This document shows, piece by piece, positions 1 to 8,617 of a stretch of 32,000 nucleotides of DNA. The position numbers were made by a program, and so were the translations under genes. The notes beneath the pieces were generated by a model. It made no database searches. It saw only the letters and a program-made list of their open reading frames with translations, and was not told the DNA's origin. Each line of letters opens with the position of its first letter. The first letter of the stretch is position 1. The stretch is from assembly GCA_041659405.1 (NCBI GenBank), contig JBAZYK010000002.1:127974-159973 (forward strand). The letters are read 5' to 3'. This DNA is from Candidatus Altimarinota bacterium. Lineage in GTDB: Bacteria > Patescibacteriota > Gracilibacteria > UBA1369.

Positions 1-334
1 TATCGGCCCAAAACTTGCCATGGAAATTCTTTCCCAAAATACTGACAAGGTTAAGTCCGCAATCATCAGCGGAGATTTGGCTTATTTAAGTAAGATTCCG
101 GGCATTGGCAAAAAGACGGCAGAACGCATTGTTGTGGAATTAAAAAACAAAGTTGAACTTGCCGACATTTCCAGATTACACGCAAAAATCGAGCATACGG
201 TTGAAGATGAAGTTATTGATGCTCTCCAAAATCTTGGCTATCAAAAATTTGAAGTTATGCGAGTGCTGAAAAACGCTCCAGCGGAATTAACAGAAGCTGA
301 AGCCATTATTACCTTCTTTCTTCAAAACGTTTAA
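1..334 (+). CDS. ruvA: Holliday junction branch migration protein RuvA, C-terminal part (5' end lies upstream of the window)
   Basis: The frame is open back to base 2 (IGPKLAMEILS...). It has the helix-hairpin-helix motif IPGIGKKTAERIVVELK and a short C-terminal domain. Confidence 0.8.
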   Translation, partial: IGPKLAMEILSQNTDKVKSAIISGDLAYLSKIPGIGKKTAERIVVELKNKVELADISRLHAKIEHTVEDEVIDALQNLGYQKFEVMRVLKNAPAELTEAEAIITFFLQNV

Positions 335-352
335 ATCCTATTTTTAAAACAT

Positions 353-1603
353 ATGCTAACCGTTGATTTTAAAAACGCTTTATCGGAAAAACTTAAAGGC
401 GAGGGATTAAGTAAAAAAGAGTTTCAGGAACTGCAAAGAAAATATCAATCAATAAAAAGCGTTCTCACTCAAAAAAAACAACTTGGTTTTATTGATCTTC
501 CATATCAAAAAAGCACCCATTTGGAATTATTGGAAGCTGAAGCAAAAAAAATCCGCAAGAATTTTCAGAATGTTTTTATAATCGGAATTGGCGGATCGTC
601 ACTTGGTTCAATTGCCTTAATGAAGAGCTTAAAGCCATTTCAAACAGAGCAACCACACCTTTTCTTTTTGGATAACCCGGAGGCCGGATACATTGATTTT
701 CTCATCAAAAATGTAGATTTATCAAAAACTCTTTTAATTGTAATCAGCAAATCCGGCGGCACGATTGAATCACTTTCGATTTTCTCGGTTTTGTATGCGC
801 AAATGCTCAAAAAAATGGGTTCCAAAGCCAAAAAAAATGTTGTTACAATTACCGAAAACAATAATGGACCACTCGCAAAAATCACACGGAAAGAAGGATT
901 TACCACCTTTGAAGTTCCGTTAAATGTTGGTGGAAGATTTTCAGTTTTTACAAATGTCGGACTTCTTCCAGCAGCTATTGCCGGCATTAACATTCAAAAA
1001 TTGCTTAAAGGCGCACGAAATACCGATCTGGAAATGGCTTATAAGTTGAGTCTTTTACAATATTCTTTATATAAAGAAAAAGGCAAAACCATGACTGTTT
1101 TCTTTCCATACGGACGAATTTTGGCTGATCTTGGCGATTGGTACGTTCAACTTTTGGCCGAAAGTATCGGAAAAAATGCCAAAGTTGGCCCAACCCCACT
1201 TAAAGCCGTTGGAGCAATGGATCAGCATGCCCAACTGCAACTTTTTATGGAAGGACCAAATAATAAATTTCACATTTTTGTTGAATATTTAAAGACCAAA
1301 CAAATTAGAATTCCCACATTATTTAAAAATGAAAAACCGTTTGAATATTTACAGGGCCATGACCTGCATGAAGTACTTTTAACCGAGCGCAAAGGAACCG
1401 CCGAAGCTTTAGCTTCAAAGAAACGCCCAAATATCACTTTCACCATGGAAAAAATTGATGAAGAAAATTTAGGAGAACTAATGTATTTACTGGAAATTGA
1501 AATCGCCTTTTTAGGAGAACTTTTTCAGATTAACGCCTTCGATCAGCCCGGAGTTGAAATTAGCAAAATACTCACAAAACAATATCTTTCCAAAAAGAAT
1601 TAA
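353..1603 (+). CDS. pgi: glucose-6-phosphate isomerase (short-type PGI, 416 aa)
   Basis: SIS/PGI motifs are present: IGIGGSSLG, SKSGGTIE, VGGRFSV, DQHAQLQLFMEGPN and FDQPGVE. Confidence 0.9.
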   Translation: MLTVDFKNALSEKLKGEGLSKKEFQELQRKYQSIKSVLTQKKQLGFIDLPYQKSTHLELLEAEAKKIRKNFQNVFIIGIGGSSLGSIALMKSLKPFQTEQPHLFFLDNPEAGYIDFLIKNVDLSKTLLIVISKSGGTIESLSIFSVLYAQMLKKMGSKAKKNVVTITENNNGPLAKITRKEGFTTFEVPLNVGGRFSVFTNVGLLPAAIAGINIQKLLKGARNTDLEMAYKLSLLQYSLYKEKGKTMTVFFPYGRILADLGDWYVQLLAESIGKNAKVGPTPLKAVGAMDQHAQLQLFMEGPNNKFHIFVEYLKTKQIRIPTLFKNEKPFEYLQGHDLHEVLLTERKGTAEALASKKRPNITFTMEKIDEENLGELMYLLEIEIAFLGELFQINAFDQPGVEISKILTKQYLSKKN

Positions 1604-2694
1604 TGAAAACACACCTTAGCAAGCGGATCAAACTCCTTCAAAAGAAACTTCAGAATCAAAAAATTGAGGGACTTTATCTAAGCGATCCTTTTAATATTAG
1701 ATATTTAAGCGATTTTAGCGGAACCAATGGCCAAATTTTTATCACGCCCAAGAAAGCTTATTTCTTAACGGATTTTCGATATCTTGGAGTTGCCAAAAAG
1801 ATTCTGCCACCGGAAGTTGAATTAAAAATATATAAAAAAGGGCTTCTGAATACGTTGGAATCCCTACTCAATAAACACAAAATTGCAGAAATGGCTTTTG
1901 AAAGCCGAAATCTGACCTATAATTTCTTTAATGCTTTCAAAAAAAATCTTAAAATCAAATTAAAACCCACAACCAAAATCGTTGAAGAACTCCGGGAAAT
2001 TAAAGACGAAGAAGAAATCGCCAAAATCATTAAAGCGCAAACAATAGCGGAAAAAGTCATTTTAGAAGTCAAGAAAAACCTTAAACCGGGCAAAACCGAA
2101 AAAGATCTTTCCTGGGAAATTGAAAAATTCGGTCACGGATTTGGAGCTGATAAAATTTCTTTTGATTCGATCATTGGTTTTCAGGAAAACAGCGCTAATC
2201 CACATCATCAAAACACCGATAAAAAGCTTAAGAAAGGCGATGTTGTGCTGATTGATATGGGCATGCAATATCAGGGATATTGCTCCGACATGACTCGCAT
2301 GATTTTTACGGCAAAACCTACAACCGAACAAAAAGAAGTCTATTTAACGGTGCTGGAGGCTCAAGAGAAAAGTATTCAAAAGATGAAAGCGGGAGTAATG
2401 GCCAAGGACATGGACAAAATTGCCAGAGATATCATTGAAAAAGCCGGATATGGTAAAACTTTTGGCCATAGTTTAGGCCACGGAATAGGTTTGGAAGTTC
2501 ACGAATCCCCCAACCTGTCTCCCAGTAGTGAAAATGCGCTTGCAGAAAACGCAATTGTCACTTCCGAACCGGGAATTTACCTGGAAAAAAACTTTGGCGT
2601 TCGCATTGAAGATATGCTATTAATTAAGGGCGCAAAAGCGCTTAACCTTACTAAAATCCCCAAGAAACTCGAAGACTCAATCCAGTTAATTTAA
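1603..2694 (+). CDS. M24 family Xaa-Pro aminopeptidase/dipeptidase
   Basis: Creatinase-like N-terminal domain followed by the M24 metal-ligand region (DMGMQYQGYCSDMTR, HSLGHGIGLEVHE, SEPGIY, RIED). The start overlaps the pgi stop (TAATG). Confidence 0.85.
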   Translation: MKTHLSKRIKLLQKKLQNQKIEGLYLSDPFNIRYLSDFSGTNGQIFITPKKAYFLTDFRYLGVAKKILPPEVELKIYKKGLLNTLESLLNKHKIAEMAFESRNLTYNFFNAFKKNLKIKLKPTTKIVEELREIKDEEEIAKIIKAQTIAEKVILEVKKNLKPGKTEKDLSWEIEKFGHGFGADKISFDSIIGFQENSANPHHQNTDKKLKKGDVVLIDMGMQYQGYCSDMTRMIFTAKPTTEQKEVYLTVLEAQEKSIQKMKAGVMAKDMDKIARDIIEKAGYGKTFGHSLGHGIGLEVHESPNLSPSSENALAENAIVTSEPGIYLEKNFGVRIEDMLLIKGAKALNLTKIPKKLEDSIQLI

Positions 2695-2698
2695 ATCT

Positions 2699-4162
2699 AT
2701 GGATCACAAAGTAGCCGTCATTTTGTTTCCAGGCAGCAATTGCGAACTAGAAGCCCTTAGAGCTTGCAGAAGATCAAAATTAACAGCTGATCTTATTCGC
2801 TGGAATGACGATTATTCAAAGTTGAAAAAATATGACGCCTTCATTCTTCCCGGCGGTTTTTCTTATGAAGATCGCGGAAGATCAGGCATTATCGCGGCTC
2901 AGGATCCGATTATGGACGTTATTAAGCAGCAAGCAGAAGCCGGCAAGCCGGTTTTGGGTTTATGCAATGGTTGCCAAATTTTAGTTGAAAAAGGAATGAT
3001 TCCCGGACTTAATCCAAATCATTTGGAATTGGCCATGGGATGGAATGAACGTGTTAAAAAAGGCAAGATCCTTGGTGTAGGTTTTTACAACGATTGGATT
3101 TATATAAGGCACGATGCCACAAAAGGCCGCAGTGTCTTTAATCGTTTTAGCCAAAAAGAAGTAATGCGAATTCCGGTTGCTCATGGCGAAGGTCGCTTTA
3201 CCACACTCGAAAAAAATCTCCTGGAAAATTTGAAAAACAATGAACAGACTCTTTTCCGCTATTGCGATGAAAACGGCAAAATTGTTGAAGAGTTTCCCGT
3301 AAATCCAAATGGCGCCATGTACAATTTGGCTGGTGTTTGTAATCCGGAAGGTAACGTTTTAGCGCTAATGCCCCATCCGGAACGCACCACGGTTGGTCAA
3401 CCGATTTTTGATTCATTGGCTGATTACCTGAATAGCTCAAAAAAGACTTTGGTTAAGCCAAAAAGCTTAACTGCGGATAAGAAAAAATCACAATCATCAC
3501 AGAAAACTTCTGCTCGTTCGCCAATCCAGGACAAACCGGAAAAGATGACCAAAAAGCCCGATATCACCATGCTGATTCGCCTGATTATTACGGATAACGA
3601 AGAACGCACCATGGAAAATACCGTAAAAAGACTTGGCTTTAATGCAACTTTAAAGCGCCAAATCTTTTTGGGATTCGATCTGAAAGATAAAAAAGATCTA
3701 AAAAAAACTGCTGAAAAACTTTTAGCCAGCGGCGAAATCCTTAATTTAAATAAAGAAATCCCAACTATTTATATTGGCGATGAAGTATACAGTTACAGCA
3801 AAGATAAAGGGCTGCAGCCAATGCAAAATCAGCTCCCAAACAATTTTCATTTCATTGTTACCGAATACGACAATTATACCGGTAAAAGCATCAGGGCCAA
3901 CCTTCAAAATCATCTTCATGATAACGTAATTGAAAAAGTTGAACGAGGAGTTTTCTGGAGCATGGAGGCAAAAGACCAGGCAACTTCCGATCAAATTATT
4001 AAGACCCACCTCTTCCACAATCCCCATTCAATGAAATTAATTCTGGCCGATTTTGGAGGCAAAAGCGCTAAAAATGAAAGTTCAAAATCCGATTTTCAAA
4101 GTCAGAATCCCGACTTCCAAATTCAAAGATCAAACTCAAATCAAAAAAATATTTCTAATTAA
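2699..4162 (+). CDS. purQ: FGAM synthase glutaminase subunit (PurQ-like, aa 1-235) fused to a low-complexity linker and two PurS-like domains
   Basis: VAVILFPGSNCELE, GGFSYEDRG, GLCNGCQIL (nucleophile Cys), PVAHGEGRF, NPNG and LMPHPER (His/Glu). C-terminal segments around aa 288-352 and 382-450 carry PurS-like strings (RLGF..., AEKLLASGEILN; THLFHNPHSMKLIL). Confidence 0.8.
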   Translation: MDHKVAVILFPGSNCELEALRACRRSKLTADLIRWNDDYSKLKKYDAFILPGGFSYEDRGRSGIIAAQDPIMDVIKQQAEAGKPVLGLCNGCQILVEKGMIPGLNPNHLELAMGWNERVKKGKILGVGFYNDWIYIRHDATKGRSVFNRFSQKEVMRIPVAHGEGRFTTLEKNLLENLKNNEQTLFRYCDENGKIVEEFPVNPNGAMYNLAGVCNPEGNVLALMPHPERTTVGQPIFDSLADYLNSSKKTLVKPKSLTADKKKSQSSQKTSARSPIQDKPEKMTKKPDITMLIRLIITDNEERTMENTVKRLGFNATLKRQIFLGFDLKDKKDLKKTAEKLLASGEILNLNKEIPTIYIGDEVYSYSKDKGLQPMQNQLPNNFHFIVTEYDNYTGKSIRANLQNHLHDNVIEKVERGVFWSMEAKDQATSDQIIKTHLFHNPHSMKLILADFGGKSAKNESSKSDFQSQNPDFQIQRSNSNQKNISN

Positions 4163-4187
4163 TAATTTATAATTACTAATTGAACCT

Positions 4188-5957
4188 ATGTGTGGAATTT
4201 TTGCTTATATTGGACAAAAAACGAATGCAGCTGATCTTGTAGTCAGAGGTTTAAAAAAACTGGAATATCGTGGATATGATTCTTGGGGAGTGGCTTATCA
4301 AAACGGTTCAAATCTTGGCCTATACAAAAAAGTAGGAAAAATTGGCGAGTTTGACTTGGAACATAATCCCTTTCCGCAAACCAGCATTGCCATTGGCCAT
4401 TCTCGTTGGGCCACTCATGGTGGAGTAACCGAACTTAATGCCCACCCACACGTTGATGAAGCCAAAAAATTGGCTGTAGTTCACAATGGTATTATCGAAA
4501 ATTTTGAAGAGCTTAAAGCAAGACTCATCAGCCAAAAACACGTTTTTATTTCTCAAACCGATACCGAAGTAATCGTTCATTTGATTGAAGAATATTGCAA
4601 AAAACATGATTTTGAGACCGCCGCAAAAATGGCCATTAAAGAGTTGAAAGGTCGTTTTGCCATTCTGGTTATGAAGGCCGAAGATCACAAAATTATCGCA
4701 GCCAGAAGAGGTTCTCCTTTAATCGTGGGCATTGGCGAACATGAATATTTTGTCGCTTCGGATATTCCGGCATTTTTGGAATACACACGCAAAGTTATGT
4801 ATCTGGATGATAACCAAATGGTAGTGCTTGATGGTAAACCACTTTTTTATGATTTAGATACCGACAAAGAGATTGAAAAAAGAGTAGTCGAAATCAATTG
4901 GAACACCAAAGAAGCGGAAAAAGGCAATTTCGCGCATTTCATGATCAAAGAAATCATGGAACAGAAAGACACAATTCACCGTGCGATTAACCAGGACGAT
5001 CACGAAATTCAAAAGCTGGCCGAAGAGATCAAAAAAGCCTATGGCACATTTTTAATTGGCTGCGGAACGGCCGGAAAAGTTTGTCTAGCCGCCGAATATA
5101 TTTTCGCTAAAGTCGCTCAAAGACACGTAAATGTGGTTGTGGGATCGGAATTCCCAAGTCATCAACATTTCCTAAAAGAAAAAAGTCTGGTTATTGCCGT
5201 TTCACAAAGCGGAGAAACCGCCGATACTTTGGAAGCGATTGAGGTTGCCAAGAAAAAAGGCGCAAAAGTTCTTTCAATTGTAAATGTGGAAGGCTCAACC
5301 ATGGATCGCGAATCCGACTACACACTGCACATTAAAGCCGGCCCAGAAAAGGCTGTGGCATCAACCAAAGCCACAACTTCCCAAATTGCGATTTTGACAC
5401 TGCTTGCTTACGCTTGTGTGGATAAGCTGCAGGAAGGCAAAAAACTGCTCATTGAAACTGCCGGAAAAATCAATGACATGCTTAATCCACGCTACGAAGA
5501 ACACATCAAAAACCTGGCAGAAAAATTAAAGGATAGCGAAAGTATGTACGTGATCGGCAAAGCGGTAAACTACGCCATGGCGCTTGAATCAGCCATAAAA
5601 TTGCAGGAAGTTTCTTACATTCACGCCGAAGGATTTGCCGGAGGAGAACTAAAACACGGCCCGATTGCTTTGATCAGCGAAGGCACACCTTGCATTGCGC
5701 TTGTAGCCAACGACGAAACCCGCACCGACATTTTAAACAACGCCCGTGAAGTCAAAGCCCGCGGCGGTTACATAATTGGCATTTCACCGGAAAACGACGC
5801 CATTTTTGACTTCTGGATCCGCGTTCCGGATGTAGGCATTGCCTCTCCAATCGTAAACATCATCCCTATCCAACTTTTGGCCTATTACCTGGCCATTCTG
5901 CGCCAAAACAACCCCGACATGCCAAGAAACCTGGCAAAGAGCGTGACGGTGAAGTAG
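4188..5957 (+). CDS. glmS: glutamine--fructose-6-phosphate aminotransferase (isomerizing)
   Basis: N-terminal MCGIF nucleophile, HSRWATHG, two SIS domains (SQSGETADT) and a C-terminal KSVTVK. At 589 aa the length is typical. Confidence 0.95.
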   Translation: MCGIFAYIGQKTNAADLVVRGLKKLEYRGYDSWGVAYQNGSNLGLYKKVGKIGEFDLEHNPFPQTSIAIGHSRWATHGGVTELNAHPHVDEAKKLAVVHNGIIENFEELKARLISQKHVFISQTDTEVIVHLIEEYCKKHDFETAAKMAIKELKGRFAILVMKAEDHKIIAARRGSPLIVGIGEHEYFVASDIPAFLEYTRKVMYLDDNQMVVLDGKPLFYDLDTDKEIEKRVVEINWNTKEAEKGNFAHFMIKEIMEQKDTIHRAINQDDHEIQKLAEEIKKAYGTFLIGCGTAGKVCLAAEYIFAKVAQRHVNVVVGSEFPSHQHFLKEKSLVIAVSQSGETADTLEAIEVAKKKGAKVLSIVNVEGSTMDRESDYTLHIKAGPEKAVASTKATTSQIAILTLLAYACVDKLQEGKKLLIETAGKINDMLNPRYEEHIKNLAEKLKDSESMYVIGKAVNYAMALESAIKLQEVSYIHAEGFAGGELKHGPIALISEGTPCIALVANDETRTDILNNAREVKARGGYIIGISPENDAIFDFWIRVPDVGIASPIVNIIPIQLLAYYLAILRQNNPDMPRNLAKSVTVK

Positions 5958-5991
5958 GGGCAGCCAATTCAAAATCTTAACAAAAAACACC

Positions 5992-6521
5992 ATGAAAAAA
6001 ATAATCGAACAACCGGACGTCCAATTTATTTTAACAGGTGGAACTATTGATTCATATTATGATGCAACGAAAGACACAGCCGTTCCAAATCGTCACTCAG
6101 TTATTCCTGAATACATTAAATCGCTCAAAATAAACAATAAAGTCATATTCACTCAGGTCTGCATGAAGGACAGCAGAAGCTTAACTCAAAACGATCGAAA
6201 AAAAATCTTAGAAACGATTGAAAAAAGTGTATCTAAAAAAATCATCATCACACATGGAACCTATACCATGCCCGACACAGCAAAATATTTACAAGCCAAT
6301 CTAAAAAGAAAAAAAAGGTGATTATCCTTACTGGATCAATGATTCCTATCCAAGGCTTTTCACCTTCCGATGCAGGATTTAATTTAGGTTTTGCCCTTGG
6401 CCAACTAAACTACTTACCTGATGGCATTTATGTCTGCATGAATGGTACAATCTTTAATCCTCAAGAAGTTGTGAAAATTATCAACGAGGGTAAATTCACA
6501 TCAGTTTTTTCAAGATCATAG
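5992..6521 (+). pseudogene. short-chain (N-domain only, about 176 aa) L-asparaginase-like gene split into 5992..6321 and 6318..6521 by a -1 frame change inside an A8 run
   Basis: The first ORF carries LTGGTIDS and ITHGTYTMPDTA. The second ORF begins (V)IILTGSMIP, which is the next conserved asparaginase motif. The frames join across aaaaagaaaaaaaagg (6303..6318). Confidence 0.7.
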
Positions 6522-6545
6522 AGTACATTTAAGGTAAATTCGCCC

Positions 6546-6574
6546 TTCATTTAAAGCTGATTTTGCTGTATAAT
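6546..6574 (+). promoter_or_regulatory. candidate sigma70-type promoter upstream of pyk
   Basis: TTCATT (6546..6551), a 17-nt spacer, then TATAAT (6569..6574) with TG immediately upstream. It lies 22 nt before the pyk ATG. Confidence 0.35.
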
Positions 6575-6595
6575 AAAATCAAATAAAACAAACTC

Positions 6596-8026
6596 ATGCT
6601 TCACAAAAAAACAAAAATTGTTTGCACACTTGGGCCGGCCTCACAGGATTTTGGCATGATTGAAAAAATGGTTCATGCCGGAATGAACGTGGCGCGGCTT
6701 AATTTTTCGCATGGGAGTTATGAAAGTTTTTCCAGGATTATTGAAAATATTCGCAAAGTTGAAAAGAAAGTCGGAACGCCAATTGCCATTATGCAGGATC
6801 TACAAGGCCCAAAAATCCGTGTTGGCGAAATGCCTGCGGAAGGTATAAACATCAAAAAAGGACAAACGATTATTTTAACTACAACAAAAATCGTGGGACA
6901 TTTAGCAAATTCCGCGAGTCATACCGCCGCAATAATCCCCTGCCAATATCAGGAACTGCCTAAAGATGTTAAGAAAAATGATCAAATTCTGATCGACGAC
7001 GGACTGATTGAAGTCACCGTAATCAAAGTCCAAAAGAACGAGATTTTTTGCCGAGTTGCCAATGGTGGAATCGTTAAATCACATAAAGGAATTAACGTTC
7101 CAACCGCTTCAATCAAGGCAAATCCGATTACCGACAAGGACAAAGCCGACCTTAAATTCGGACTCGCTCACAATGTGGATTATGTTGCTCTTTCATTCGT
7201 AAAATCTGCCGAAAACATCAAAGAACTTCGCGAACTTATTCGCCTTCAAAAAGGACGAGCTAAAATTATTGCCAAAATCGAACGTCATGAAGCCGTTGAA
7301 AATCTGGAAAGTATTATTTTCGAGACTGATGGAGTAATGGTTGCACGTGGTGATTTGGGCAGCGAGATCCCCGCCGAAACAGTTCCGCTCATTCAAAAAA
7401 GAATTATCAAACTGGCCAATCTTCATGGCAAACCGGTTATTACCGCTACGCAAATTTTGCAATCAATGGTGGATAATCCCCGACCAACTCGCGCTGAAAT
7501 GAGTGATGCCGCCAATGCCGTTTTTGATCATAGTGATGCGCTGATGCTTTCTAACGAATCGGCTGTTGGCAAATATCCGCTGCAGGCAACAGCTACACTT
7601 TCTAAAGTTGCAGCTTCCGTTGAACAATATCTTAAAAGACACAAAGAGTTTTTACCGAATCTGCTTTTTCATGAAAATCTTCCGGTATCTTACGCAACCT
7701 GTTTAAATGCGGCAAAGTTAGCTGTGGATATTAACGCAGATCTGATTATAGCCATCACAAATTCCGGATTTACCGCACAGCATTTGGCTAAACACAGAAT
7801 TTACATCCCGATTATTGCGCTAACCGAAGACCCAAAAGTGCAACGACAACTTGCCCTGGTTTGGGGAATTAAAAAAACATACATTCAACCGATTTCCAAA
7901 GAAATCGACGTTAAAATGATTCGCCAATTTTTGAAGAAAAATAATCTGGCCAAAGCAAATGACAAAATCGTCATTGTGAGCAACGCCAGTAAAGACGAAA
8001 AACAGATTTCGACTATTAAATTTTAA
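6596..8026 (+). CDS. pyk: pyruvate kinase
   Basis: KTKIVCTLGPAS, NVARLNFSHG, MQDLQGPKIR, MVARGDLG and ATQILQSM, plus a C-terminal regulatory domain. Confidence 0.95.
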   Translation: MLHKKTKIVCTLGPASQDFGMIEKMVHAGMNVARLNFSHGSYESFSRIIENIRKVEKKVGTPIAIMQDLQGPKIRVGEMPAEGINIKKGQTIILTTTKIVGHLANSASHTAAIIPCQYQELPKDVKKNDQILIDDGLIEVTVIKVQKNEIFCRVANGGIVKSHKGINVPTASIKANPITDKDKADLKFGLAHNVDYVALSFVKSAENIKELRELIRLQKGRAKIIAKIERHEAVENLESIIFETDGVMVARGDLGSEIPAETVPLIQKRIIKLANLHGKPVITATQILQSMVDNPRPTRAEMSDAANAVFDHSDALMLSNESAVGKYPLQATATLSKVAASVEQYLKRHKEFLPNLLFHENLPVSYATCLNAAKLAVDINADLIIAITNSGFTAQHLAKHRIYIPIIALTEDPKVQRQLALVWGIKKTYIQPISKEIDVKMIRQFLKKNNLAKANDKIVIVSNASKDEKQISTIKF

Positions 8027-8083
8027 GATTTTCCATTAAAATAAAGGTGCGTTTTTTTGACGTACCTATACCGAAAAATCCTT

Positions 8084-8617
8084 ATGATTATAATGGGGAT
8101 CGATCCAGGAACAGCAACCACAGGTTTTGGATTTATTGAATGCTCCAAAGACCAATTCAAACTCTTGGATTACGGCTGCATTAAGACCTTACCGAATCAA
8201 TCGCTAAGTTCCCGTCTTCAACAAATTAATGACGATTTAAAAACTCTTTTAAAAACCTGGAAGCCGGATTCAGTGGCAATCGAAGAACTTTTTTTTAGTA
8301 AAAATGTAAAGACGGCAATTCATGTTGCCCATGCCCGTGGCGCAATGATGCAGCTGCTTTCAACCAGTGGTTATGAAATCGCCGAATACAAACCTCAACA
8401 GGTTAAAGCGGCAGTTTGTGGTTATGGCAACGCCGAAAAAAAACAAATTCAAAAAATGGTTCAACTGATTTTTCAGATGGATCACCTCCCTACTCCGGAT
8501 GACGCCGCGGACGCTTTAGCCATTGCTTTTTGTCATGCCAACACCTTAAAAACCAATCAAATCTTAAAGTCCCAGGAACAATTACCCGCCTATAATCCAA
8601 GCATAATCTCCGCATGA
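8084..8617 (+). CDS. ruvC: crossover junction endodeoxyribonuclease RuvC
   Basis: IMGIDPGTATTGFG, AIEELFF and PDDAADALAIAFCH. I prefer the ATG at 8084 to the TTG at 8057 used by the ORF track. Confidence 0.9.
   Translation: MIIMGIDPGTATTGFGFIECSKDQFKLLDYGCIKTLPNQSLSSRLQQINDDLKTLLKTWKPDSVAIEELFFSKNVKTAIHVAHARGAMMQLLSTSGYEIAEYKPQQVKAAVCGYGNAEKKQIQKMVQLIFQMDHLPTPDDAADALAIAFCHANTLKTNQILKSQEQLPAYNPSIISA

Noticed and set aside
4080-4162. Short repeat (SDFQSQNPDFQIQ) and low-complexity tail at the end of the purQ-fusion ORF
   Set aside because: This is a minor low-complexity or disordered tail. It is too short and degenerate to treat as a functional repeat.
4163-4187. glmS ribozyme upstream of glmS, and a T-box upstream of trpS (20923..21010)
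   Set aside because: The spacers are only 25 nt and 88 nt. Both are far too short for these elements, and no conserved cores are visible.
8057-8083. TTG-initiated N-terminal extensions in the ORF track for ruvC (8057) and trpS (20981)
   Set aside because: The extensions add residues before the conserved family N-termini (MGIDPG; MKKRILSGVQASG), and in-frame ATGs sit exactly where homologues begin.
8615-8617. Possible alternative genetic code (UGA recoding, as in some CPR lineages)
   Set aside because: TGA terminates ruvC (8615..8617) and the cupin gene (14020..14022) at the positions expected for full-length proteins. No conserved gene is interrupted by an in-frame TGA apart from the asparaginase, where the break is a frame change rather than a stop to read through.
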